A DNA stretch of 64,000 bases from Candidatus Latescibacterota bacterium (GCA_965205975.1 OZ242195.1:2368001-2432000); one strand, 5' to 3'. Positions 10,472 to 20,672 are shown, counted from the first letter of the stretch. Program-made: numbers and translations. The notes: generated from the letters alone by a model not told the origin.

Positions 10472-10614
10472 GGCAATCCTTTCTAATAGGCTTCAAGAGA
10501 CCTTGACTTTGAATTTTTTTTCCGCTATGCTGTCTGACAAATTAGTTTCGCGTTTTCGAAGCGTCAAGATAATAAATTCCAACGGCCAAAAAGAAAACAA
10601 CTTCTGGAGGGCTT

Positions 10615-12174
10615 ATGAAACAGAGCTTTGAACATTATCGAACATTGCGAAAAGAGATGGATGCGTGGTTAGATCAGAGCCGCAGTATGGACCCGCCGAG
10701 CAGACATGGCGGAGGCGAAGATGAAGCGAACTATTCGCTGGCTTGGTTCCCCCACTATCTCATCACGGGAAATGACAGGGTGAGAGAGCACTTTGAACAC
10801 CTGCGCGATATGCTCGCCGGATGGGTGGAACGGGATTGCCTGCACGGTTATGAACCCGAAGCCGAAGCCCATCACGGAACCGAACCCTTTCTGCTCTTTT
10901 TGCCGCGTTACCTGGGACTATTTCCCGAAGACGAAAAAGCAAACGCACTCCTGCAAGACGCAGCAGAACACATCGGCAACTGGGTTGAAGGCATTCCCGA
11001 ATGGTTTGACTGGGAGCGCAACCGGTTTTACGGATATTATATTGGCACGCGCACAGTCGGGCGAGACGACGGCTATGACGCCGAAATTGCCGAGCATTTC
11101 CGCTTTGTCCACATTGCCCTTGCCGCACACAGAATGACGGGACAAGACCGGTATCTGGACTGGGCTTTGCAATACGGCAAGCGTCGGGCAGAAATGATCG
11201 TCGCCATACCAGATGGTCCCTTGCCCATTGCCTGGGATGCAAACGGACAACCGAGATTTGGCAAGCAAGCAACTGGACAACAAAAAAAGGCGGCACAAGC
11301 CGGGCATCACGTCCCTGGCGATCCGCTCATCGGAGTCGAAGTACTGCTGGCTTCCGGCGTCATATACGCGCTGGGCGATCTATTCGAAGCATCGGGAGAC
11401 GCTGTATTTCACCAGGCGGCGCAACGAATTGCAGAACCGATGGTCAACGAACTGCTGGACCCGTATTCGGATCCCGGCGCAGCGGCGATTTCCCATTTTC
11501 GACGACAATTCTCCGATTCCTCTCTGGATGACGCAATTCGGGCGCAGATCGCGCGTTTTCTCGACATGCAAGAAGGCGAATTGGCCATGGTCTTTCCGCA
11601 GGCGCGCCGCCGCGATTGGCCCGGCGTGGGCAAGCGCGCCGATATGACCTATTGGGGAATATGGAATCGCGATGGCTCCGTAACACCCACAACAGAACCG
11701 AGCACTGCGGCACTAACGCTGGCATATCAGGTGACGGGCGATGAGCACTATGCCGAGCGCGCATTAAAACAAGCAGCAGACAAGCTGACGATGGCGCGTC
11801 GGGTGCTGCGCGGAGGTCGGGAACACGCCGATATGGGTGGCGCAATCTGTTCGACAGCGGCCGGACACGGACGCAACTGGGGCATTGGATCCGTGACCGG
11901 ATGTTACGGCCCATTGCTTTTGGGCACGCGAGAAGTAAAAAGCAAAGTAACGCCAACAATCGAAGTAAAACACGCCAATGGCGAGCGCGGTGTCCCCAAT
12001 CAAATCCTTCCACTCGTGATCCATTCCGGAACAGATGTGGATGGCGTGATGTTTTACAATGGCGGCGATTCAGACATCTCATTCTCGTGGCGATTTGAAG
12101 ACAACGGATGGCAGATTCTCACAGTAGAAGCCGACGAAGTTGTCAATGTGGAGTTGACAGGAGTCATGGCATGA
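10615..12174 (+). CDS. Hypothetical protein, possibly (alpha/alpha)-barrel glycoside-processing enzyme
   Basis: 519-aa ORF with GGAGG RBS; repeated helix-TGD/TGQD turns; ATGA overlap with the next gene. Confidence 0.7.
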   Translation: MKQSFEHYRTLRKEMDAWLDQSRSMDPPSRHGGGEDEANYSLAWFPHYLITGNDRVREHFEHLRDMLAGWVERDCLHGYEPEAEAHHGTEPFLLFLPRYLGLFPEDEKANALLQDAAEHIGNWVEGIPEWFDWERNRFYGYYIGTRTVGRDDGYDAEIAEHFRFVHIALAAHRMTGQDRYLDWALQYGKRRAEMIVAIPDGPLPIAWDANGQPRFGKQATGQQKKAAQAGHHVPGDPLIGVEVLLASGVIYALGDLFEASGDAVFHQAAQRIAEPMVNELLDPYSDPGAAAISHFRRQFSDSSLDDAIRAQIARFLDMQEGELAMVFPQARRRDWPGVGKRADMTYWGIWNRDGSVTPTTEPSTAALTLAYQVTGDEHYAERALKQAADKLTMARRVLRGGREHADMGGAICSTAAGHGRNWGIGSVTGCYGPLLLGTREVKSKVTPTIEVKHANGERGVPNQILPLVIHSGTDVDGVMFYNGGDSDISFSWRFEDNGWQILTVEADEVVNVELTGVMA

Positions 12175-13148
12175 AATATCGCACACTGGGAGAGACCGGC
12201 CTCGAAGTGTCGGAAATCGGATTGGGCGCCTTTCCCATCTCGGGAAGACAACAGCGAGCAGATGGAAGCATTGAAGTCTGGTCGGGCACAAGCGATGCGG
12301 AATCCATCGCGCTGATCCATCGGTGTGAAGAACTCGGTGTAAATCTAATCGATTCTGCGGAAGGCTATGGCGACGGACACAGCGAAGAACTCGTCGGACA
12401 AGCCTTACAGGGACGGCGAGACAAATGGATCATTGCGACCAAAGTGCAGCCAAACCGGGACATCGACCAGAACGATGAAAAATCGGTACACAACCGGATT
12501 GTAGAAGCATGCGAAAATAGCTTAAAACGCATGCAAACGGATTTTATCGACATTTATCAACTGCACGCGATCCCGCACGAATGGGCCATGCCCGCCGTCA
12601 TGAAAACCCTCGAAAAATTGCAACGAGAAGGCAAAATCAGGTGGTACGGTATCTCGACCAACAACCGGGAAGCCATCGACAAACTGCGGGCATTGGGCCC
12701 CATCCACATCTTGCAGATCGGATACAATTTGTTAGAACGCAGTGCCGACGAATTACTGCACTGGTCAAAAGAGCAAAAAATAGGCACACTCATCCGCGTA
12801 CCCCTTGCAAAGGGCCAATTGACCGGAAAATACTTTGGACAGAATGCCGAGCAAATACCGCAAAACGATTTGCGATACGAGCGGTTTCAGCGTCCCGAAG
12901 TACAAGAGGGATTAAAAAAATTGCCCGAACTTTTGTTTTTGCAAACAGCGCAGCGAACCATGGCACAGGCGGCTCTGCGATTTGTCTTAGATCACCCCGG
13001 CGTATCCTGCGTCATTGCCGGCGCAAAAAATCGACAACAAGCTGAAGACAACACAGCAGTGTCAGACATGCCACCGCTCACACACGAAGAACTATCTCGC
13101 GCCCTTCCCATCGCAGATGTGATTGGCACAGCGGGATGGATTGGGTGA
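12171..13148 (+). CDS. Aldo/keto reductase
   Basis: MKYRTLGETGLEVSEIGLG, IDSAEGYG, IATK, IDIYQLH. Confidence 0.9.
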   Translation: MKYRTLGETGLEVSEIGLGAFPISGRQQRADGSIEVWSGTSDAESIALIHRCEELGVNLIDSAEGYGDGHSEELVGQALQGRRDKWIIATKVQPNRDIDQNDEKSVHNRIVEACENSLKRMQTDFIDIYQLHAIPHEWAMPAVMKTLEKLQREGKIRWYGISTNNREAIDKLRALGPIHILQIGYNLLERSADELLHWSKEQKIGTLIRVPLAKGQLTGKYFGQNAEQIPQNDLRYERFQRPEVQEGLKKLPELLFLQTAQRTMAQAALRFVLDHPGVSCVIAGAKNRQQAEDNTAVSDMPPLTHEELSRALPIADVIGTAGWIG

Positions 13149-13163
13149 ATCAGGAGGATTATC

Positions 13164-14303
13164 ATGAAAATCACCGCATTAAAAACATTCGTCGTTCCCA
13201 AAACGGGAAATTTTTTCGTCAAAGTCGAAACAGACGAAGGCATTTACGGCCTAGGAGAAGCGGGCTTAAAGCGTCGCGGAACCGCGATTGCCGAAGTAAT
13301 CCGCTCGTTTTCCCCAGACGTCATCGGACAAGACCCCTTTCGGATTGAACACCTGTGGCAAGTCATGTTTCGCGGCGGATTTTTCCCGGGCGGCGTGGTA
13401 CAGTCATCGGCAGTGAGTGCTGTTGACATTGCGCTCTGGGATATCAAAGGCAAAGCCCTGGGCGTACCCGTCTATGAACTCCTGGGCGGCAGAACCCGCG
13501 ACAAAGTGGCGTGTTATCCGCATATTGGCGAACGGGACAATATCGACCGCCTGGTCGCAAATTGTGTGCAACGACAGGAAGAAGGCTGGAAATTTGCCCG
13601 ATGGGGCATGAGCGATCCCACAGACCCCAATGTATTTGAACCTTCGCGCGCCGTGCGTTATGGCATTGAACAGGTAAAAGCCGTGCGCGAAGCATGTGGC
13701 GATGAATTCGAAATCTGCGTCGATGTACACACGCGACTGGACCCCGCCTGGGTCATCGCATATTGCAAAGGCGTGGAACCCTATCGCCCATTTTTTATCG
13801 AAGACCCATTGCGAAGTGAAAGCACACAGAGCCTGCGCCTCGTGCGACAAAACACGCATCTGCCCTTAGCCATTGGCGAACAATTCGATAGCAAGTGGAA
13901 ATTTCAGCAGGTAATCGAAGAAGATCTAATGGACTATTGCCGCGTTGACCTCTGCATTGCAGGCGGTTTGACCGAAGCCAAAAAAATCGCGGGCTGGTGC
14001 GAGACACATTATATTCACCTGGCCCCCCACAATCCACTGGGACCCGTATCAACAGCAGCCTGCTTGCACCTGTGTTTATCCTCTTCTCTCGTCGGCGTAC
14101 AGGAATTGCCCAGACCTCCCATGACCACCTTGACAGACGTATTCCCCAAACAAATGCCCTACGCCAACGGCCATCTGCTCGTCCCCGAAGGACCGGGATT
14201 GGGCATTGAATTTAACGAAGACGCGATTGCAGACGCATCTCCTCCTGAACCATCTACAGGCTCGGGGTTCCGCCGTGAAGACGGATCGTACACAAATTGG
14301 TAA
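13164..14303 (+). CDS. Galactonate dehydratase-like enolase-superfamily enzyme
   Basis: ALWDIKGK, VDVHTR, FIEDP, GEQ, APHNPLGP. Confidence 0.85.
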   Translation: MKITALKTFVVPKTGNFFVKVETDEGIYGLGEAGLKRRGTAIAEVIRSFSPDVIGQDPFRIEHLWQVMFRGGFFPGGVVQSSAVSAVDIALWDIKGKALGVPVYELLGGRTRDKVACYPHIGERDNIDRLVANCVQRQEEGWKFARWGMSDPTDPNVFEPSRAVRYGIEQVKAVREACGDEFEICVDVHTRLDPAWVIAYCKGVEPYRPFFIEDPLRSESTQSLRLVRQNTHLPLAIGEQFDSKWKFQQVIEEDLMDYCRVDLCIAGGLTEAKKIAGWCETHYIHLAPHNPLGPVSTAACLHLCLSSSLVGVQELPRPPMTTLTDVFPKQMPYANGHLLVPEGPGLGIEFNEDAIADASPPEPSTGSGFRREDGSYTNW

Positions 14304-14317
14304 AAGGAGCATTACAG

Positions 14318-15100
14318 ATGCGGAAACAACAACACCCCGGCCTGCTCGCACTGATCGCTTGCATCCTCCTGCTGCCAGCCGAGGGAATCGCCCAAACCTC
14401 ATTCCAATTTCAATATGGCAAACTCACAAACCCGTTTTCCGGGGCCTCGGAATACACCACGATCCTCACCGTACAACAGGCAGCGCAGTGGCGATATGGA
14501 GACAGTTTCTTTTTCATTGATTTTCTGGACGATGGCCTTCAGGACGGCTTCAACGACAAAAGTATCTACGGAGAATGGTATCCAACCCTCAGCATTGGCA
14601 AACTGACGGACACAGAATTCAACCTCGGTCCCATCAGAGATATTTCCATAATCGCAGGATTCAATGTCGATTCCGATGCCAATGTCCTCAAATACCTGCC
14701 CGGCGTCCGGGCATCGTGGAACATACCGGGCTTCTTCTTTGTCAACACCGACCTGACCGCCCTGATCGACGCCAGCAGTGGCACAGCGCACGGCGGTGCG
14801 CCCACAACGAGCAACAGCTTTTTATTCGACATCAATTGGGGGGCTGCCTTTGGAACCGGCGGTCAGTCCTTCGGATTCTTCGGTCACGCGGAATACGTCG
14901 GCTCCCAGACCAACGAATTTGGCAGCGAAGTCAAAGGCTGGATCCTCGCGCAACCACAACTCACTTGGGACTTGAGCAAGGCAATAAACGGCGAGGGCAA
15001 CACGCTCTTTGTCGGCATCGAATACCAGTACTGGTGGAACAAACTCGGCACCACCGCCACCGACAACGTCGTGCAATTACTGGTCGTATGGCAACTCTGA
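14318..15100 (+). CDS. Outer-membrane Tsx/OmpK-like channel
   Basis: Signal peptide, YGDSFFFID, YGEWYP, QPQL.WD, GIEYQYWWNKLG; AAGGAG RBS. Confidence 0.75.
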   Translation: MRKQQHPGLLALIACILLLPAEGIAQTSFQFQYGKLTNPFSGASEYTTILTVQQAAQWRYGDSFFFIDFLDDGLQDGFNDKSIYGEWYPTLSIGKLTDTEFNLGPIRDISIIAGFNVDSDANVLKYLPGVRASWNIPGFFFVNTDLTALIDASSGTAHGGAPTTSNSFLFDINWGAAFGTGGQSFGFFGHAEYVGSQTNEFGSEVKGWILAQPQLTWDLSKAINGEGNTLFVGIEYQYWWNKLGTTATDNVVQLLVVWQL

Positions 15101-15125
15101 TTTCTTCAAAAAAAGGAATTTCACC

Positions 15126-16382
15126 ATGAAAGTACGGATCGGCATCATCGGGTGTGCGCGAATACTAAACGCCCATTTGCGCGGCTATAAAATTTTACAG
15201 GAAAACGGTTTTGGCGATCTCTTTCAGATCACAGCTTTGTGCGCACGCAAAGAAGAAGACGCCCACCGCTTCCGCAAGCGAGGCGAGGGCCCCGGTCCCC
15301 GCCCAGCACCTGTAGATGCGCCGGGCGATCCGCTCAATGCGCCGCATTCGTTTATCAGTGACCTGCATCCCGATAGCGACACCGAAGTGTACACCAATTA
15401 CAACGAAATGCTGGATAAAGGCAAAATCGACGCAGTGATCATCTTGACCGGACACGACAACCACCACAGCATCGCCATCGACGCCATGAGAGCAGGCAAA
15501 CACGTCTCGGTCGAAAAACCTATGGCGATCTCGGTCAAAGCAGCCCAGCGAATGTGCGAAGTCGCCGACGAAACCGGACAAATTTTGAGCATCGACGAAA
15601 ATGTGAATTTCAATCCCTCTACCTGGGCCAGCCAATGGGCCGTAGAAAAGGGTCTCATTGGCGATGTACAAATGCTCTATCGCGGCGTCATTGGATTTCG
15701 CAATTCGCGTCCAGACCTCGTGGCTGCGCGAACGCCCTGGCGTCAGAGCAAACTGGGCGCAGGTGGAGGCGTTGCCATCGATCTGGGCGTCCACCTTTTT
15801 AACGGCGTCCGCACAATTTGTGGACCCGTAAAATCGGTACAAGCCCTGTGGCGCACGCTCGAGCCTGTGCGCGTCTTAATGTCCGACGACGATCGCGCCG
15901 TAGTCGATCAAATCGAAAACCAGGTGGATGATGCTTTTTTTGCCAACTTTGAATTTGAAAACGGCGGCATCGGACACATGGCCGTCTCGAGAAGTGCGAG
16001 GGGAACACAGATCGGCGTACCGGGTGGCACGAATATTTGGGGCAGTAAAGGGGCAATTTCAGACGGACAACTATTTAGCGAAGACGGTACATCGGAAAAT
16101 GTGGAAGACCGATTTCAACGCGAAGCCGATCCATCGCGCATATCCGAAGTCATGCCGCGCGGAATCACCGACGCATTTGCGCTTGAAAACCTGAACTGGT
16201 TGCAAGCCATCGCAAACGGCAAACCCGTCCAGATGAGTGGTGAAGAAGGCACTATTGATCTGGCATTAAGCTATGCGATTCTCGAATCGGGTTTGCTCGG
16301 ACGCGCCGTCACCTTAGACGAAATGTTAAAAGGTGAAGTGGATGAGTATCAGAAAGAAATCAACGACTATTACGGATTATAA
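15126..16382 (+). CDS. Gfo/Idh/MocA family oxidoreductase
   Basis: IGIIGC, HVSVEKP, IDLGVH; ATG 15126 after AAGGA. Confidence 0.85.
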   Translation: MKVRIGIIGCARILNAHLRGYKILQENGFGDLFQITALCARKEEDAHRFRKRGEGPGPRPAPVDAPGDPLNAPHSFISDLHPDSDTEVYTNYNEMLDKGKIDAVIILTGHDNHHSIAIDAMRAGKHVSVEKPMAISVKAAQRMCEVADETGQILSIDENVNFNPSTWASQWAVEKGLIGDVQMLYRGVIGFRNSRPDLVAARTPWRQSKLGAGGGVAIDLGVHLFNGVRTICGPVKSVQALWRTLEPVRVLMSDDDRAVVDQIENQVDDAFFANFEFENGGIGHMAVSRSARGTQIGVPGGTNIWGSKGAISDGQLFSEDGTSENVEDRFQREADPSRISEVMPRGITDAFALENLNWLQAIANGKPVQMSGEEGTIDLALSYAILESGLLGRAVTLDEMLKGEVDEYQKEINDYYGL

Positions 16383-16396
16383 TCCTGGAGCACGCG

Positions 16397-17158
16397 ATGG
16401 AAATCTCACCAGAACATCGACAACAATTAGACGAGCAGGGCTATGTGATCATCCCTGATGTACTCTCTGAATCCGAGATAACGCACTATCGGGCACTATT
16501 GTTGCGCCTCGCTGAACAAGAGCGCGGAGACGGCTCGGGACGGGTGCATACCAGTGGCAGAGGCCAGCATGTGCGGTGGCTGGTGAACAAGGGAAAGCCA
16601 TTTGAAAAGCTGGTGGCGCATCCCAAAGTCGTACCCTATTTTGAATATATGCTCGGCGAAGATTATACCCTCAGCACACTCACGTCAAACGTGATTTACC
16701 CGGGCGCCGAAGACAATGCATTTCACGTCGATAATGCGCTTGGCAAAATGCCAGAGCCGCTGCCCTCATTCCCCATGTTTGTCAACACCCTGTGGCTCCT
16801 GAACGATTTTACCCCACAAAACGGAGGCACGCGCTTTGTGCCCGGCAGCCATAGGTTCTTAAAAAAGCCCCCGCCAACAGACCATCCACACGTGCTTTGC
16901 CATCCCGACGAAATGCGGCTCTCAGCCCCAAAAGGCTCGGTATTCTTGTTCAACGGCGCAATATGGCACGCCACAGGATCCAACCGCACAGATGACGCCC
17001 GCGTGTGCTTGATCTGCTTCTGCTGCCGGTCATTTCTAAAGCCGATGTTCGATTTTGTACACCACCTCAAACCCGCAGTGGTGGGTCGAGCCACACCGGA
17101 AATGAAACGCATCTACGGATTTAATTCTCAACCCCAGCCGCCGGATGTACGCGATTAA
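16397..17158 (+). CDS. Phytanoyl-CoA dioxygenase (PhyH) family Fe(II)/2OG enzyme
   Basis: EQGYVII, FHVD, NGGTRFVPGSH, WHATGSN....R. Confidence 0.9.
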   Translation: MEISPEHRQQLDEQGYVIIPDVLSESEITHYRALLLRLAEQERGDGSGRVHTSGRGQHVRWLVNKGKPFEKLVAHPKVVPYFEYMLGEDYTLSTLTSNVIYPGAEDNAFHVDNALGKMPEPLPSFPMFVNTLWLLNDFTPQNGGTRFVPGSHRFLKKPPPTDHPHVLCHPDEMRLSAPKGSVFLFNGAIWHATGSNRTDDARVCLICFCCRSFLKPMFDFVHHLKPAVVGRATPEMKRIYGFNSQPQPPDVRD

Positions 17159-17242
17159 ACCGATCTCACAGGCATCAATCGCGCCCCCGATTCGCCATTG
17201 AATCGGGGATACTTTTAGATAATCCAACAAAAGAGGCAAGCC

Positions 17243-18382
17243 ATGAAAATCACCGATGTCAAAGCCACAACATTGAAGGGCTACAAAGATTGGAACTACG
17301 TAAAAGTAGAAACCGATGCTGGCATATCGGGCATAGGAGAAGCGCATCCGGGCGAAGGCATAACCGACGCGGTGACAAAGCGATTGCGCCCCATGCTCAT
17401 CGGGCAAAATCCCCTGAATGTCGAGCCACTCTACACCCGGATGCTCGACCGCTCCACCGGGCAATCTACCGCCGGGATACTCCTCGGCGCAATCGGCGGC
17501 GTGGAAACAGCACTCTGGGATGTCGCGGGCAAAGCCATTGGTGTGCCAATCTATCAATTACTCGGCGGAAAGTATCGAGACCGACTGCGGATGTACGCCG
17601 ATGTGGGCAGGGGACGAAATCGCACAAATACCCCAGAAACATGGGCCGAACGAGCCAAAGAGGGCGTGGCAGATGGGTTTCAGTCCATCAAATTCGACAT
17701 CGACGGATCGGCAAACGAATTGCAACACGACCCCGTAGATCGCGGGTTATCACTCGCCGAATTGGACAAAATGGAAGCCATGGTATCCGCAGTCCGCGAC
17801 GCCGTCGGATACGACATCGACCTGTGCATTGACTGCCACGGAAAATACAATGTGCGCGACGTGCTCTTACTCGCCCAGCGCCTGGAAAAATTCAACCTGA
17901 TGTTCCTCGAAGACCCCGTACCCCCGGAAAATATCGACGCCATGGGCAAAGTAACAGCTTCCACATCCATACCGATCTGCACGGGCGAATGGGTTCACCG
18001 CAGAGACGGATTTCGCAGGCTAATTGAGAATCAGGCATGCGACATGCTACACATCGATATCTCAGCGACCGGCGGCATGCTGGAAGGCAAAAAAATCGCA
18101 GACCTGGCAGACCTGTACTACATGCCCGCCGCATTCCACAACATCGTGTCACCATTGGGCATGGTGGCATCCGCACATGTGGGCGCAACCGTGCGGAATC
18201 TCCACACCCTGGAACTACCCTACCACGCAGACCAGATAGAATGGCGCTGGGATCTCGTGATCAGCGACGAGCCATTGATTCAGGATGGACAATTTGTCCT
18301 CCCGCAGAAACCGGGCCTCGGCGTCGAATTTAACGAGGACCTGGCACGCGCGCATGTGAAAGAGGGGTATGACTTCTTTTAG
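17243..18382 (+). CDS. Mandelate racemase/muconate lactonizing enzyme family dehydratase
   Basis: IKFD, CIDCH, FLEDP, CTGE, FHN, PGLG. Confidence 0.85.
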   Translation: MKITDVKATTLKGYKDWNYVKVETDAGISGIGEAHPGEGITDAVTKRLRPMLIGQNPLNVEPLYTRMLDRSTGQSTAGILLGAIGGVETALWDVAGKAIGVPIYQLLGGKYRDRLRMYADVGRGRNRTNTPETWAERAKEGVADGFQSIKFDIDGSANELQHDPVDRGLSLAELDKMEAMVSAVRDAVGYDIDLCIDCHGKYNVRDVLLLAQRLEKFNLMFLEDPVPPENIDAMGKVTASTSIPICTGEWVHRRDGFRRLIENQACDMLHIDISATGGMLEGKKIADLADLYYMPAAFHNIVSPLGMVASAHVGATVRNLHTLELPYHADQIEWRWDLVISDEPLIQDGQFVLPQKPGLGVEFNEDLARAHVKEGYDFF

Positions 18383-18407
18383 AAGATGTTATAGAAACCG
18401 TTTTCCC

Positions 18408-18436
18408 TTGCTTTATAGTATCGTTATTAGTATCAT
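18408..18436 (+). promoter_or_regulatory. sigma70 promoter of the hicB-MTase unit with TAGTATC direct repeats
   Basis: TTGCTT-17bp-TATCAT; TAGTATC occurs twice within it. Confidence 0.5.
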
Positions 18437-18472
18437 AAACGCATCAAAGCAATCGAAAGCGAAGGACATGCA

Positions 18473-18799
18473 ATGAGTGACCATTACACCTACCGCATCA
18501 CATGGTCTCCTGAAGATAACGCACATGTGGGTCTATGCGCTGAATTCCCATCGCTAAGCTGGCTGGCCCCTACCCCCGATGAGGCTTTGTACGGCATCCA
18601 GCGACTGGTACGCGAATGCCTCGCAGACATGCACGCAACCGGAGAAGAAATACCACAACCAATAGCTGACCGCACCTACAGCGGGAAGTTCATAGTGCGC
18701 CTGCCTCCAGAATCGCATCGTGCCCTCGCCATACAAGCGGCAGAGCAAGGCGTGAGCCTGAACCGCCTTGTGAGTGCGCGACTTGCAAACACCACCTGA
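18473..18799 (+). CDS. hicB: HicB family antitoxin with ribbon-helix-helix domain, no adjacent hicA
   Basis: YRITWSPED..HVGLCAEFPSLSW; YSGKFIVRLPPESHRALAIQAAEQGVSLN. Confidence 0.85.
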   Translation: MSDHYTYRITWSPEDNAHVGLCAEFPSLSWLAPTPDEALYGIQRLVRECLADMHATGEEIPQPIADRTYSGKFIVRLPPESHRALAIQAAEQGVSLNRLVSARLANTT

Positions 18800-18846
18800 T
18801 TGATATTGCCGCTTGATGAGTTCTTCTTGTGAAGAGGAGTTCCTCG

Positions 18847-19791
18847 ATGAAAGCCATTGAAAAATTAGGATTGGATTACAGATCAGAGATCATAGGACAA
18901 TCTCTGATTTTACAGGCAGATTGTTTTGAATGGTTCAGCCGGATACCCGAAAATAGCATCCATGCAGTTGTAACTGATCCGCCTTATGGCGTCAAAGAAT
19001 ACGATTTGCAACAACTTGAAAAACGGGAAAGTAATAATGGAGGGATCTGGCGTATCCCACCCTCATTTGACGGCCATAAACGCGCGCCCTTGCCAAGATT
19101 TACGGCGTTAAATCAGAAAGAGCGCGAGATTTTGAGGCAATTCTTTGTAGAATGGGCGCAACTGGTAGTCAATGCACTGCGACCAGGAGGTCATGTATTT
19201 ATTGCAACCAATGTGTTTCTCTCTCAGTTGGTTCTTTCGGCACTGGTGAAGGGCGGATTGGAGTTTCGAGGCCAGTTGATTCGGCTGGTACGAACACTTC
19301 GCGGTGGGGATCGCCCTAAGAATGCCGAAAAGGAATTTTCCGAGGTATCGTCTATGCCGAGAGGCTGTCACGAACCTTGGGGAATTCTGCGAAAGCCAAT
19401 GCTTCCAAAGATGAAGGTAAGTGACTGTTTGAGAGAATTCCAAACAGGAGGGTTGAGAAGGCGTCCTGATGGCACACCATTTGGCGACGTGATTATGAGT
19501 GAACGAACTCCGCGAAAAGAACGAGATATTGCGGATCATCCCAGCCTAAAGCCGCAATCATTCCTCCGTCAAATCGTATATGCAGCCCTTCCACTCGGAG
19601 AAGGTGTGGTTGTTGATTCATTTATGGGATCAGGATCCACAATTGCAGCAGCAGAGTCCGTGGGTATCTCATCTATTGGAATTGAAAGACATCAAGAGTA
19701 TTTTGAGATGAGCAGTGATGTGATTCCAAAGTTGGCAGTTTTAGAGACGCCCTGTGGTATTGGTTCGGATACACAACTTCAATTACTGTAA
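18847..19791 (+). CDS. Site-specific DNA methyltransferase, N6-A/N4-C, beta class
   Basis: TDPPY motif IV precedes HPSLKP and DSFMGSGS motif I; GAGGAG RBS. Confidence 0.9.
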   Translation: MKAIEKLGLDYRSEIIGQSLILQADCFEWFSRIPENSIHAVVTDPPYGVKEYDLQQLEKRESNNGGIWRIPPSFDGHKRAPLPRFTALNQKEREILRQFFVEWAQLVVNALRPGGHVFIATNVFLSQLVLSALVKGGLEFRGQLIRLVRTLRGGDRPKNAEKEFSEVSSMPRGCHEPWGILRKPMLPKMKVSDCLREFQTGGLRRRPDGTPFGDVIMSERTPRKERDIADHPSLKPQSFLRQIVYAALPLGEGVVVDSFMGSGSTIAAAESVGISSIGIERHQEYFEMSSDVIPKLAVLETPCGIGSDTQLQLL

Positions 19792-20428
19792 GTCTGATGC
19801 TTTATAGATCCAGTTTTCCATCATTTTTTCGTAACCTGAATTGGCGACACTGGCAGTAATCGTTCGCCGGCTGGTACTACTTCGACCAGAGAACCGCCAA
19901 TCGTCTTTTGTCAGAGACGCTCCAAGAACCATAAGAATATCGAAAGGGTAGTGGGTCTATCCCTTTTGAAGCGTCAATTGGCCGATTGCTCTCAAATACA
20001 AATACCAAAAGCCAGCTATCCTCCGGGTTGTGGCCTTGCCATCCTCTCAAATAGCGCGATGCTTTGACTTCAATACCCTCATCGGCGTACTGGACAGCAT
20101 CTCCAGGAAAAATGCCAGCGGGGAGTAAGTCTGGATGTCCATTGTGATACAGATTTTTAACAAGTCCGGGACAATATTTAGGAATATTGGCATTCATGAA
20201 TTCACTTACCATGCTGCTGAAATTCGCTGGCATTAACATAGATTCAAGACGTGGTATTTCTTTTAAGTGGAGTTGCTCATTGACGAATCTCAAAAAGTCA
20301 ATAAACTCATTCATCGCAAGCTGGATGTGTTGCGTTTTGCATCCGTATGGCAATTGTGCAGCAGAATTAAAATTTTTGGTCTCAACAGGTTGCGGGCTAC
20401 ACGCTCTTACTTCAGCGTTTTGGTTCAT
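19783..20428 (-). pseudogene. Putative type II restriction endonuclease (PD-(D/E)xK) with a 1-bp frameshift
   Basis: HPDLL...GIEVKAS core; removing T19938 gives a 214-aa ORF ending at TAA 19783, convergent on and overlapping the MTase. Confidence 0.7.
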
Positions 20429-20672
20429 GCTAAAATTTCCTCCTGGACTGTAATGCGTATCATATTGGTGCCAGATAATTAGATTAATCAAAGTTACGCC
20501 TGATATTTTCAATAAGTCAACATCTTTCTCTGCGAGATTTGAAAAGCCGACAGATAGGTGATGGGTCAAGCGCGCCCTTATTTGGTTTTAGTCGTTGACA
20601 AGGGATGGTAGATTTCTATATTGATGCGGCTTTTGAGAAAAATTTTAGATGTACATAAAAAAGGAGACATCT

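Noticed and set aside
3399..10486. Long plus-strand ORFs (3399-4184, 4185-5324, 6067-7101, 7524-8753, 9527-10486)
   Set aside because: Antisense shadows of well-supported minus-strand genes, with no motifs or RBS
17186..17209. CCCCGATTC/GAATCGGGG hairpin (similar start near 63441) as a REP family
   Set aside because: Only two loosely similar copies and no associated transposase; likely ordinary mRNA stem-loops
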